Of a DNA stretch of 64,000 bases, positions 44,860 to 54,228 are shown one piece after another; the stretch's first letter is position 1, and every line of letters begins with the position of its first letter. A model generated the notes under the pieces. It saw only the letters and a program-made list of their open reading frames with translations. It had not been told where the DNA came from and searched no databases. Both the position numbers and the translations under genes were made by a program. The DNA is from Faecousia sp. (GTDB lineage Bacteria > Bacillota > Clostridia > Oscillospirales > Oscillospiraceae): contig JAZOQT010000067.1 in NCBI GenBank assembly GCA_045656245.1, forward strand, positions 17,609 to 81,608, written 5' to 3'.

Positions 44860-45828
44860 TTAGTAGCCAACCTTCTCCCAGCACTCGAAGGGAGCAGCCA
44901 GCTCTTCGCTGATGTAGACCTGAGTCTTCTTGGTCTGCAGCATGGAGCTGGGAACGTAAGGAGTAACGGGGCCGTGGGTAACCAGACGGCTGGTCATTCT
45001 CTGCCAGGAGGAGAAGGTGCCGTTGGTGGCCAGTGCATGAACCTCAATCCGCTCCTTGGCGCGCATTACGTCGATGGGGCCGATGGTGGCAGCCTTGGGG
45101 GGCACATTGGCGATGTCGCCGGACTGGCCGAAGGTGCCGTTGAGGGAGTTCTGCAGAATGGTCATGGGGTGCAGGGTAACAATCTTGGCGGGCTGTGCCA
45201 GCCACTCGTCGATGTCGCCGCTGCCGATGAACTCGGGAATGGGGTCAACGAAAGCCACGTGGCCGGTCCAGCCGGGGGAGGTGGAGATGATGTCAGCGCC
45301 GCCCTCGGAGATGTCGTTGATAATCTTGGAGTAGTCGTTGATGTTCTTGTTGGTGGGATAGTGCACATTGGCCATGGGCATACGCAGCTTGGGATCGATC
45401 TGCATGACGAAGTACTTGATCATGGAGTGAACGAAGCCAGCTTCGTAGGTTTCGGGGGCGATGTTGCCGTCCTCGTCTGCCCATTCGTCCTCGGCAAAGA
45501 TATGCACCTTGGAGCAGTCAACCTGGAAGTAGTTGATCAGCTGTGCCAGAGGAATGTAGGTGTCGGGCTCGGGGTTGCCCAGAATCATGGTAAAGGTCTT
45601 GCCGGCCTCGGAAGCGGCCTTCAGACGGGTGAACAATGTAGAGATCAGAACGGGATGGGGGTTCATCATAACCTTAACTTCAAATTCGGGATGCCACCAA
45701 TCCTCACGGATTTCCAGTTCCTTACCGCTCATCTTGCGGACACGCTCGCAAACCTCACGGTCCTTGAAAGGAACGAAGTCAGCAGGCATGAAGTTAAACT
45801 TGGTTGCGGGGTCAGTGATGATGTTCAT
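44860..45828 (-). CDS. NagB/glucosamine-6-phosphate isomerase-fold protein of unknown substrate
   Basis: F.EDEW (compare DEY), GWTGHVAFVDP (compare G.DGH..FNEP), P.KAATIG, VT..VPSS.LQ; strongly biased codon usage. Confidence 0.7.
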   Translation of the reverse strand: MNIITDPATKFNFMPADFVPFKDREVCERVRKMSGKELEIREDWWHPEFEVKVMMNPHPVLISTLFTRLKAASEAGKTFTMILGNPEPDTYIPLAQLINYFQVDCSKVHIFAEDEWADEDGNIAPETYEAGFVHSMIKYFVMQIDPKLRMPMANVHYPTNKNINDYSKIINDISEGGADIISTSPGWTGHVAFVDPIPEFIGSGDIDEWLAQPAKIVTLHPMTILQNSLNGTFGQSGDIANVPPKAATIGPIDVMRAKERIEVHALATNGTFSSWQRMTSRLVTHGPVTPYVPSSMLQTKKTQVYISEELAAPFECWEKVGY

Positions 45829-45937
45829 GTGATGTTCTCCTTTACTAAGTGTTTTCCATTGTTATGTAGCAATGACATATCTTGGATATTCTACTCTTCT
45901 ATTGTACCGAAAAAAACAGGAATGTCAAGGACATTGG

Positions 45938-46945
45938 TTACTTACCGAATTTTTTTACGGCGTTCTTCAGCATTTGCCGAATGGGCAGATTGTAAGGACA
46001 GCGGCTCTCGCAAGCGCCGCATTCTATGCAGGCAGAGGCCTTAATCTTTGTGTTTTCGTAGCGCGTTCTTGCCCAATCCTCCAGACCGTAACGGGAAAGG
46101 TACCCTTCCAGCAGGAAAACGGCGGGAATGGAGATGCCCACGGCGCAGGGCGCGCAGTAGTTGCACCGCCGGCAGAACTGGGTGCCCAGGGTATCCCGAA
46201 TGGCGGAAATTCTGGCAAGCTCCTCCTGCGTCAGGGGAGAGCGGTCCTCCACCGCGGCAATGTTCTGGGCAATTTCTGCTTCCTCCGCCATGCCGGGGAT
46301 TACCACGGAAACGGCGTCGTTTTGGGTGATGAACCGCAGAGCGAGGGTTGCGTCCTCAATGGCGCCGCCGGCCAGGGGCTTCATACAGATAAAGCCGATA
46401 TTCTGCTCCTTACACCGGCGCAGCAGGTCCTCTCCCTGGGTTTCCACCAGATTGTAGGGGAACATAATGGTTTCTACCCACGGCAGATTCAGCGCCCGCT
46501 CAAACAGCTCCACGCTGTGGCAGGTAAGTCCCAGATGACCGATTTTTCCTTCGGCCTTGGCCTCCAGCAGGGCTTCCAATGCGCCGCCGGGAGAGAGAAC
46601 CTTGTCCAAATCGGCGGGGGAGGGATTGTGAACCTGGTACAGGTCAATGTAGTCGGTTTTCAGGTTGGCAAGGCTGATGGCAATATCCTGTTGCATACCG
46701 GCCTTGTCCCGGGCCATGCTTTTGGTGGCGAGAATAAAATCCTGCCGAATCCCCTCCAGAGCCTGACCCAAATAGCTTTCGCTGACGGTGTAGCCACGGG
46801 CGGTGTCGATATAGTTGACGCCGGCTTCCTTCAGCGCCAGCATCAGCTTTCTTGTGCCGGCGGCATCAATCTTTTGAATGGGGATACCTCCAAAGCCGAG
46901 GCGGGAAATGCGCAGTCCTGTTTTTCCCAACAGACGGTATTCCAT
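45938..46945 (-). CDS. Aldo/keto reductase with C-terminal 4Fe-4S dicluster
   Basis: LGFGGIP, DTARGY, ATKS, MKPLAGG; CRRCNYC..C and CIECGACESRCP. Confidence 0.88.
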   Translation of the reverse strand: MEYRLLGKTGLRISRLGFGGIPIQKIDAAGTRKLMLALKEAGVNYIDTARGYTVSESYLGQALEGIRQDFILATKSMARDKAGMQQDIAISLANLKTDYIDLYQVHNPSPADLDKVLSPGGALEALLEAKAEGKIGHLGLTCHSVELFERALNLPWVETIMFPYNLVETQGEDLLRRCKEQNIGFICMKPLAGGAIEDATLALRFITQNDAVSVVIPGMAEEAEIAQNIAAVEDRSPLTQEELARISAIRDTLGTQFCRRCNYCAPCAVGISIPAVFLLEGYLSRYGLEDWARTRYENTKIKASACIECGACESRCPYNLPIRQMLKNAVKKFGK

Positions 46946-46959
46946 AGGGTGTCCTCCTG

Positions 46960-47793
46960 TTACTTTTGTAAGGCGCTTATCAGCTCCGGCAGCACAGGCT
47001 CAAAGGCAGCGCCATACCAGTGGTTGGGGAGCTTTGCGGTTTCCTGAATGCAGGCGACGGTGTAGTCTGCTGCGATTTGGGCGGCGTTGAGAGGGGCCTT
47101 GCCCTGCATCACGGCGCCTACGAAGGCCGAGGCGTAAATGTCCCCGGTGCCGTGGCAGCTGTTGGGAAGCTTCTCGTGCTCATAGTAGCTGTAATTGCCG
47201 TTTTCCAGCACCACCACGCCGGTTTTGCCGGGGGCATAGGAAACGCCGGTGAGAACAACGGTCTTACAGCCCAAAGCCGCCAGCTTCTCCAAAAGGGTGT
47301 CTATATAGCCGTAATCGTACGCCTCCTGATACGGCGTATCCGTAAGGAAGCAGGCCTCGGTGATGTTGGGGAGGAGGTAATCTGCCTTACCGCACAGGCG
47401 CTTCATAGCCTCCACGTAGGCTGCGTCAAAGGCAGGGTAAAGCTTACCGTTGTCTGCCATGGCGGGGTCTACGATTTTCACACAATTGGGGGCGGAAACG
47501 CTTTGGAACAGATGTTCCACCTGGGAAATCTGCTCCGTACTGCCCAGATAGCCGGTATAAATGGCCGCAAAGGAGATGTTCTCCTTTACCCAGTGGGCTT
47601 CAATTCCGGGGATATCTTCGGTCAAATCCCGGACGGTAAAGCCGGTGAAGCCGGCAGTGTGGGTGGACAGCACCGCAGAGGGCAGAATTGCCGTTTCCAG
47701 GCCGCAGGCACTTAAAATCGGCAGCGCCACGGTGAGAGAGCATTGCCCCACGCAGGAGATGTCCTGGACGGTTAAAATGCGTTTGTATGCCAT
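46960..47793 (-). CDS. Pyridoxal/pyridoxamine kinase family protein
   Basis: DISCVGQCSL, LSTHT, TGYLGS, DPAMADNG, PNITEA, HGTGD. Confidence 0.87.
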   Translation of the reverse strand: MAYKRILTVQDISCVGQCSLTVALPILSACGLETAILPSAVLSTHTAGFTGFTVRDLTEDIPGIEAHWVKENISFAAIYTGYLGSTEQISQVEHLFQSVSAPNCVKIVDPAMADNGKLYPAFDAAYVEAMKRLCGKADYLLPNITEACFLTDTPYQEAYDYGYIDTLLEKLAALGCKTVVLTGVSYAPGKTGVVVLENGNYSYYEHEKLPNSCHGTGDIYASAFVGAVMQGKAPLNAAQIAADYTVACIQETAKLPNHWYGAAFEPVLPELISALQK

Positions 47794-47876
47794 AGGTTAC
47801 GCCTCGATTCTTTGAGTTTGTTCTATTGTAGCACACTGTATCAAAAAAGAAAAGAAAAAATTCCCCAGAAATCAGG

Positions 47877-47906
47877 AAAATGCGAGGGCAAATACCCTCG
47901 CATTTT
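47877..47906 (-). terminator. Terminator after the FGGY kinase
   Basis: AAAATGCGAGGG/CCCTCGCATTTT inverted repeat. Confidence 0.75.
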
Positions 47907-47916
47907 TGGCAGATAG

Positions 47917-49488
47917 TTACAGAAGCTCTGCGGCGGCCTTTTGCGCTTTCAGGCAGGCGCAGAACCGCTGCATATAGCATTGGAAGCCGGCCACACCCTC
48001 CGGACTGGGAGCGAGGGTGGTGCTTTTTGCCGAGGCAAAGACCCGGTTGGTGAGGTATTCCTCCATGGTTTCTCCCGGGGCTTTGCGGACCATATAGGCT
48101 GCCAGCAGGGCCATGCCCCAAGGCCCGCCCTCCCCGGCGGTTTCCATGGTGGAGATGGGAACATTCAGCGCGTCTGCCAGAATCTGCTGTCCCACGCCGG
48201 GGGTTTTGAAATAGCCGCCGTGGCCCAACAGCCTGTCGGACTCCACCTGCTCCTCCCGGGCCAGCATATCCATGCCCAGCTTCAATGTGACGATTGCTCC
48301 GTACAGCTGGGAGCGCATGAAGTTTTCAATGCTCATTTTGCTTTCCGGAAGCCGCACCACCATAGGACGGCCGGTTTCTGTGGCGGTGAGAGGCTCGCCG
48401 GCAAAATAGTTAAAGCTGATGATGCCGTCGCAGTCCGGCTTGCCCTCCAGCGCCTTGCGGAACAATTTGGCGTACAGGTCGTTCTTGTTTACGGCATAGC
48501 CCATGGTTTTTGCCATGTCGGCAAAGAGATTCAGCCAGGCGTCAATTTCCGAGGTGCAGGTGTTGGTGTGGGCCATGGCCACCGGCAGGCCGGAGGGGGT
48601 TGCCACCACATCAATTTCCGGATAGTAGTTTTTCAGCGGCTGCTCCAGAACCTGCAGCGAGAAGGCGGAAGTGCCTGCGGAAATGCTGCCGGTGCGGGGC
48701 AAAACCGCGCCGGTTGCCACCATGCCGGTACCGGCATCGCCCTCGGGAGGACACAGGGGAATTCCGGGCTGTAAAGCGCCGGTTTCGTCCAGCAGTGCCG
48801 CACCCTCTGGGGTCAAAACGCCGGCCTGTACGCCTGCGGGCAGAACCTTGGGCAGAATGCTTCGCAGCTTCCAGGGGAAACAGTAAGGGGCAATCAGCCG
48901 GTCGAATTGGTCTACGCGCAGCGCGTCGAAGTCCTTGGCATCGTTATCATAGGGGAACATACCGGAGGCTTCCCCCACACCCATGACGTTCTCCCCAGTG
49001 AGCAGGCTGTGGATATAACCGCTGAGGGTGGTCAGGCGGGCAATGTCCCGGACGTGGCCTTCCTTGTTCAAAATGGCTTGATACAGATGGGCAATGCTCC
49101 ACCGCTGGGGAATGTTGAAGCGGAACAGATCCATAAGCTCCTTGGCAGCGGGGGCGGTGATGGTGTTGCGCCAGGTGCGGAAGGGGGCAAGCTGCTTGCC
49201 GTCTTTGTCAAGGACCAAATAGCCGTGCATCATACCGGAAATGCCCATGGCGGCCAGCTTGGTCAGTGGTTGGCCGAATTTCTGCTCCACGTTCTGCCGC
49301 AGGTCTGCATAGCAGGCGCGAACGCCGGCCACGGCCTTTTCCAGCGGGTATACCCACACGCCATCCACCAAATCGTTTTCCCAGGAAAAGCTTCCGGAGG
49401 CCACGGGCAGGTGGTTTTCGTCAGTAAGAACGGCCTTGATGCGGGTAGAGCCCAGCTCAATGCCCAAAGTACAGGCTTGGAGATTCAT
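47917..49488 (-). CDS. FGGY-family carbohydrate kinase (ribulokinase/xylulokinase-like)
   Basis: LGIELGSTRIKA, ISGMMHGY, FRTWRN, PPEGDAGTG, SAGTS, EGGPWG. Confidence 0.88.
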   Translation of the reverse strand: MNLQACTLGIELGSTRIKAVLTDENHLPVASGSFSWENDLVDGVWVYPLEKAVAGVRACYADLRQNVEQKFGQPLTKLAAMGISGMMHGYLVLDKDGKQLAPFRTWRNTITAPAAKELMDLFRFNIPQRWSIAHLYQAILNKEGHVRDIARLTTLSGYIHSLLTGENVMGVGEASGMFPYDNDAKDFDALRVDQFDRLIAPYCFPWKLRSILPKVLPAGVQAGVLTPEGAALLDETGALQPGIPLCPPEGDAGTGMVATGAVLPRTGSISAGTSAFSLQVLEQPLKNYYPEIDVVATPSGLPVAMAHTNTCTSEIDAWLNLFADMAKTMGYAVNKNDLYAKLFRKALEGKPDCDGIISFNYFAGEPLTATETGRPMVVRLPESKMSIENFMRSQLYGAIVTLKLGMDMLAREEQVESDRLLGHGGYFKTPGVGQQILADALNVPISTMETAGEGGPWGMALLAAYMVRKAPGETMEEYLTNRVFASAKSTTLAPSPEGVAGFQCYMQRFCACLKAQKAAAELL

Positions 49489-49517
49489 AATATTCCTCCT
49501 GAAAGAGAATTTTCCAA

Positions 49518-49553
49518 TAAAAAAGGGTGTGCTGCAAGCTGCGCAGCACACCC
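49518..49553 (-). terminator. Terminator between the SorE-like gene and the kinase
   Basis: GGGTGTGCTGC/GCAGCACACCC stem plus T6 on the minus strand. Confidence 0.75.
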
Positions 49554-49560
49554 AAATGTG

Positions 49561-50820
49561 TTAGATAGCCTTGGCGTTTGCCAGCAGGTACTTTTCTGCT
49601 TCGGGGTTCCACAGGCCGTTGTTGGCCTTGCAGAGCTTATCCAGATGGGCAAACAGCGGATCGGTCTTGCCCAGCTCCTCAAAATCGGAGATGGCCGCCA
49701 GGGGCAGGTCAATCTGGGTGTAAATCAGCTTCTTGCCGCCGGGAATCTTGGGCAAATTCAAGGTGGTGTCGATAACGGCGTTCAGGCCGCCGATGTGGGT
49801 AACCAGAGCGGAGGGGTTCAGTTTGCCTGCGTTCATCATCTCAATGGCTTCCTGCATATCGTTGGTGTTGCCGCCGGAAGTGCCTACAACGTGGGTGTAC
49901 AGATAGTGGACATTGTACCAGTTGAAGGGGGCCTTGAACTGGGAATCGGTGGGGCCTGCGAAGAAGTTCAGGCAGCCGTCGAAGCCCAGAATGTCGTCAG
50001 CCTGCTCGATAACGGGCTTCACGGGAGCGAAGCAAACCACATCGTCGTAGCCGGTACCGCCGGTCAAGGACCGCAGATACTCGGTGGCGTTCTCCATGCG
50101 GGTGTTTACATAGTGCAGCTCGATGCCGTACTTGGCGGCCTCTTCCACGGTGTAGATGGAAGCAGCGCGCTCCAGACGGGCTTCGTCGATATCGGTGATA
50201 ACCAGCAGGCTGGGACGGCGGTCGCAGTGAATGGCGTAGTCAATGGCAGCCAGACCCATGGGGCCAACGGAGGCCAGCAGGGCCATCTTGCCGCCCTCCT
50301 TGATGCCCATTTCGTGGACATAGGAGCCGGCCTTGGTGTGATACATGGCGTGGAAGGTGCCGATAACACAGCTCAGGGGTTCTGCCAGAGAGCCGTAGTA
50401 GTAGGTGTCGGAGTTGTAGGGCAGCAGGCAGTTTTCCAGCAGAGTCTCAATGGGCACATTGCCGTACTGGGCGTCGCCGCCGCAGAACTGGTAGGAGTAG
50501 CCGGGAGCCATCTGGCTGCCCTTGTGGTAGTGAGCGGGCTGAATAACAAACTTGTCGCCGGGGGTGTACTTGTGCTTCCAGTTTTCACCTACCTCCACAA
50601 TATCACCGCAGAACTCGTGGCCTACGATGGTGGGAGTTTCGTCGCAGCGGTCGGGTACGCGCTTGTGGTCGCCGCCTTCAACAGCTGCTTTGTAGCTGGA
50701 CATACACAGGCTGTCAGAAACAACCCGAATACGCACATCGTCAGGGCCAACCTCCGGCAAAGCGACATCGTCCAGACGCAGGTCCATTTTTCCGTGGATT
50801 CTAACTGCTTTTGTATTCAT
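49561..50820 (-). CDS. Zn-binding dehydrogenase, L-sorbose-1-phosphate reductase (SorE/YggP)-like
   Basis: SDSLCMSSYKA, HKRVP, GHEFCG, LAEPLSC, GPMG, GTSGGN, PGGKKLIY. Confidence 0.85.
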   Translation of the reverse strand: MNTKAVRIHGKMDLRLDDVALPEVGPDDVRIRVVSDSLCMSSYKAAVEGGDHKRVPDRCDETPTIVGHEFCGDIVEVGENWKHKYTPGDKFVIQPAHYHKGSQMAPGYSYQFCGGDAQYGNVPIETLLENCLLPYNSDTYYYGSLAEPLSCVIGTFHAMYHTKAGSYVHEMGIKEGGKMALLASVGPMGLAAIDYAIHCDRRPSLLVITDIDEARLERAASIYTVEEAAKYGIELHYVNTRMENATEYLRSLTGGTGYDDVVCFAPVKPVIEQADDILGFDGCLNFFAGPTDSQFKAPFNWYNVHYLYTHVVGTSGGNTNDMQEAIEMMNAGKLNPSALVTHIGGLNAVIDTTLNLPKIPGGKKLIYTQIDLPLAAISDFEELGKTDPLFAHLDKLCKANNGLWNPEAEKYLLANAKAI

Positions 50821-50836
50821 AACATAGTTCCTCCTG

Positions 50837-51988
50837 TTATTTTGTTTCGTGTTCAATCAGCTTCCATGTTGCATCAATGAGATTCTGGAACATGGGGTTT
50901 TCCATAGCCTTAATCACAAAGCTCTGCCGGGGAGAGTTGATGTCCTCGCCGGAAATCTGGAACATACCGTAATCGTCGCAGAGCTTGCGCAGACGCTCCA
51001 GCTGGGCGGGGGTATTCCGGGTGGGCATATAGGTAACGGCCTTGACGCCCTCTTCCTTCAGACATTCAAACACATCGTCCAGATAGTCGTCTTCAAACTT
51101 CTGGGCCTTTTTGTCTCCGGTAACGCTGTCGCCTACATCGCCCAGGTAGGCATAGCACAGGTAAGCATCCACGTCGTTGCACAGCTTTACCATGTCCTTC
51201 AGCTTGGGGCACTCGTCGGTGGCGTCAATGAAAATCTGGGGCACGAAGGCACCCTTCAGAATACCCAGCAGGTCGTACTCGTAGAAAGGATACGCCGTAT
51301 CCAGCATCTGGGCTTCCTGCTTGGCAGAGAGCTGAAGTCCCATAGCGGAAAGCTTTTCCACCATAGCCGGTCCCTTACCAACCTGCTTTACCAGGCAGAT
51401 GGCCAGAGCGTACATCAAATGCCGCTCGGTAACGCCGCCGTTGTCCTTGGCTTCGGACAGGGGCAGAACGTCCCGGTCATAGTCCAGGGATACGCCCACC
51501 AGAGCGTTGATTTTTTCAATCATCTTTCGGTTTCTTTCGTGGCGGGCGGCCTGATAGGGCTTAAAGAACTCTGTCAGCACGGAGATTTTGTCATGGGGAA
51601 CGGACTGAATGGTCATGTAGCTGACGCCCACCTGGTCGGGATTGTTGGTACGGCGGCCCTCCAGACGGGTGCCGTCCATGGAAACCCGGGCTTCCATGCC
51701 GATGGTTACAGGCATATCCACAATTTTTGCGGCCTCCAGAAATTCCTCCGCGCCGGAAATGGAGTCATGGTCAATGATACCCGCGGTGCAAAGTCCCTCC
51801 ATACGGGCGGCATACACAGCGGCCGTGGGGGAGTAGGGGGAGAAGGAATAGGTGGTGTGAATGTGGTTGTTTATGTACTGGGGCACCATGGGAGGAAACA
51901 CGGTGGTGGTCAAAACCTCCCGGAGATTGGCAAGCCGCTGCTCCTTGGTGGGAGCGTTCAGCTTATCAAGAATTGCAATATCAATCAT
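50837..51988 (-). CDS. PHP-domain protein of unknown function
   Basis: NNHIHTTYS, GIIDHDSISG, IGME; atypical C-terminal SGEDINSPRQ. Confidence 0.75.
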   Translation of the reverse strand: MIDIAILDKLNAPTKEQRLANLREVLTTTVFPPMVPQYINNHIHTTYSFSPYSPTAAVYAARMEGLCTAGIIDHDSISGAEEFLEAAKIVDMPVTIGMEARVSMDGTRLEGRRTNNPDQVGVSYMTIQSVPHDKISVLTEFFKPYQAARHERNRKMIEKINALVGVSLDYDRDVLPLSEAKDNGGVTERHLMYALAICLVKQVGKGPAMVEKLSAMGLQLSAKQEAQMLDTAYPFYEYDLLGILKGAFVPQIFIDATDECPKLKDMVKLCNDVDAYLCYAYLGDVGDSVTGDKKAQKFEDDYLDDVFECLKEEGVKAVTYMPTRNTPAQLERLRKLCDDYGMFQISGEDINSPRQSFVIKAMENPMFQNLIDATWKLIEHETK

Positions 51989-51998
51989 ATGCCACCTC

Positions 51999-52877
51999 TT
52001 AATTCAGCATAACCTGGCCGCCGGTTACGGGAATGGCTTGGCCGGTTTCATACTTCTGCTCCACGCAGTACATCACAGCCCGGGCTACGTCCAGGGGAAG
52101 ACAGCCGCGGTTCATGGGGACCTTGGCCTCGTAGAAGCGGCGGACATCGGCTACAGTCTTGGCGCCGGGCACCTTGCCTGCCTGCAGATACTGGACGAAC
52201 AAACCCCGCTCCGGGTCAGACCACAGGGGGCCGTCCAGATAGTTGCCGGGGCAGATGGCGTTAACCTTGATGTTATAAGCGGTCAGCTCCAATGCCCAGG
52301 ACTGCACCAGACCGATGGCGCCGAACTTGGAGCCTGCGTAGGCAAAGTTCTTGTTGGAGCCTTCCAGACCGGACTTGGAGGACATGGCAATGATGTCAAA
52401 CATGGCGTCCTTGTCCGCCTCGTGCTGTGCCTGCATAATGATGGAGGCGTACTTGACGGTGAGGAACAGGCCAGTGTAGTTAATGGCGGTAACGAACTCG
52501 AAGTCCTTCTTCTCAAAGGAGGCGACAGGACCGGAGCGAACAACGCCGGCGTTGGCAACCATAATATCCAGACCGCCGAACTTTTCTACAGTCTGGGCTA
52601 CCAGATTGGCCACGCTTTCCTCGTCGGAAACGTTCACGGCAATGGCGCAGGCCCGCTCACCCATCTCCTTGGCGACACTTTCAGCCAGGGGCTGATTCAT
52701 ATCGGCGATGATGATGGTAGCGCCCTCCTTGTAGAGCTCCTCGGCAATGCCCTTGCCGAAGCCCTGGGCGGCGCCGGTAACGACGGTGATTTTGCCTGCC
52801 AGGCGGCCGGTGCCTGCGGGACGGTTATGAATGTTCTGCTTGGCGATTTCCTGCCACTTTGTCATATCTACGCTCAT
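51999..52877 (-). CDS. SDR, sorbitol-6-phosphate dehydrogenase (SorD/SrlD)-like
   Basis: TGAAQGFG, NAG, SSKSG..GS.KN.AYAGSKFG, CPGN..D.PLW, YETGQA.PVTGGQ.M. Confidence 0.85.
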   Translation of the reverse strand: MSVDMTKWQEIAKQNIHNRPAGTGRLAGKITVVTGAAQGFGKGIAEELYKEGATIIIADMNQPLAESVAKEMGERACAIAVNVSDEESVANLVAQTVEKFGGLDIMVANAGVVRSGPVASFEKKDFEFVTAINYTGLFLTVKYASIIMQAQHEADKDAMFDIIAMSSKSGLEGSNKNFAYAGSKFGAIGLVQSWALELTAYNIKVNAICPGNYLDGPLWSDPERGLFVQYLQAGKVPGAKTVADVRRFYEAKVPMNRGCLPLDVARAVMYCVEQKYETGQAIPVTGGQVMLN

Positions 52878-52962
52878 AAAACAAATCTCCTTATCTTATA
52901 AAAGTCTTACGCTTTTTTGTAAACAGTTTTCCAATGGGAGAGCAACAGGTTCTCCACCCAAC

Positions 52963-52991
52963 ATTATACTATTATTTCCCCTTTAGTTCAA
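52963..52991 (-). promoter_or_regulatory. SigA promoter of the SDR-PHP-SorE operon
   Basis: Minus strand TTGAAC-17 nt-TATAAT. Confidence 0.6.
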
Positions 52992-53032
52992 GAGTGAAGA
53001 CAAAAATTTATCTCCATTCTTCAGCCAAATGA

Positions 53033-53065
53033 GAAGAAAACCGGCACCACCGAAGTGGTGCCGGT
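53033..53065 (-). terminator. Terminator after the ABC operon
   Basis: ACCGGCACCAC-TTCG-GTGGTGCCGGT-TTTCTTC on the minus strand. Confidence 0.8.
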
Positions 53066-53099
53066 CGGTTTCAGCCGAAAATATTCGCTTTATTGAGAA

Positions 53100-54161
53100 T
53101 TAGTTACGCAGAGCGTCTGCATCCTCGGGAGCGTCGGTGTAGATCAGGTTGGAGTCCAGCATAGCGATCAAGTTCTCAGCGGTGTACCATGCGCCGGCAA
53201 TGTCAACATTCTTGGCAGTGCCGCCCTCGACAGCAGTGATGCACTCCAGAACGGCCTTGTAGCCCATGTCGATGGAGTCCTGAGCAACGGAGCCTACCAG
53301 CTTGGGAGTACCGTTCTCCTTGATCCAGTTCAGCTGCTTGGTGCCAGCGTCGAAGCCGGAGAATACGATGTTGTCGTACTTGCCTTCAGCGGACTTGGTT
53401 GCGTCGTAAACCTGCTTAACAACACCTTCGTTGGTCATGAACAGAGCCTCGATGCCCTTCTCGTACAGAGCTTCCAGAGCAGCAACATAAGCCTGGTTGG
53501 CGTCGCCCTGCTTAATTTCCTTCTCGATCTTGTACTTGCCCTTGGTGGTTGCGTCAGCGTCGGCCAGAGCCTTGAACTTCTCTTCGAAGCCAGCAGCGCG
53601 GTCGATACCGGTCTGGGTCTCGTCGTGCTGGATAATGCCAACTACGTAAGGATCAGCCTCGGTAGCCTTGGCAATGTCAGCCTTGATAGCCTCGAACAGC
53701 TTCTCGCCGTTGATGTTGGCAGCAGCCTTGTTGGAGGTAGCGACGTGAGCAACAATGGGGTTCTTGTCTGCGGTAATGTCCTCGGGAGCCTTCAGGCCGG
53801 AGTCGAAGGTAACAACGGGGATACCCTTGTCGTAAGCCTGGGTCAGCAGTTCGCCGAAGCCGGAGCCGATGGTAGCCAGAACGATGCCGCTAACATTATT
53901 GGACAGAGCGGTCTGAACCATGGTGATCTGGCTGGGGGTGTCCTTGGGGTCCTCGCTGGCGGGGCCCTGGAAGGTCAGCTCGTAGCCCTTCTCTGTGGCA
54001 GCCTTCTGAGCGCCGGCCTTAACAGCCTGCCAGAAAGCGTGGGACTCGCCCTTAGCGATAACGGCGATGGTCTTTTTGCCGCCATCAGCGGGGGTGGTGG
54101 TGCAAGCCACCAGGCCCAGCACCAAAACCAGTGCCAGTGCCAATGCGATAAGCTTTTTCAT
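53100..54161 (-). CDS. Sugar ABC transporter substrate-binding lipoprotein (CUT2)
   Basis: Lipobox LVAC; IAVIAKG..HAFWQAVKAGA, PVVTFDSG, GFD, AQD...MGY. Confidence 0.9.
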   Translation of the reverse strand: MKKLIALALALVLVLGLVACTTTPADGGKKTIAVIAKGESHAFWQAVKAGAQKAATEKGYELTFQGPASEDPKDTPSQITMVQTALSNNVSGIVLATIGSGFGELLTQAYDKGIPVVTFDSGLKAPEDITADKNPIVAHVATSNKAAANINGEKLFEAIKADIAKATEADPYVVGIIQHDETQTGIDRAAGFEEKFKALADADATTKGKYKIEKEIKQGDANQAYVAALEALYEKGIEALFMTNEGVVKQVYDATKSAEGKYDNIVFSGFDAGTKQLNWIKENGTPKLVGSVAQDSIDMGYKAVLECITAVEGGTAKNVDIAGAWYTAENLIAMLDSNLIYTDAPEDADALRN

Positions 54162-54228
54162 AATGTTTCCTCCTAAATTTTTTGTTGTTTTATTCTAAGT
54201 GGGCCGTTGGCTCACACTTATTCGGGAA

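Noticed and set aside
50837-51988. PHP protein as the missing histidinol-phosphatase HisK
   Set aside because: It is much longer than HisK, lacks the SDAH motif and is embedded in a sugar operon.
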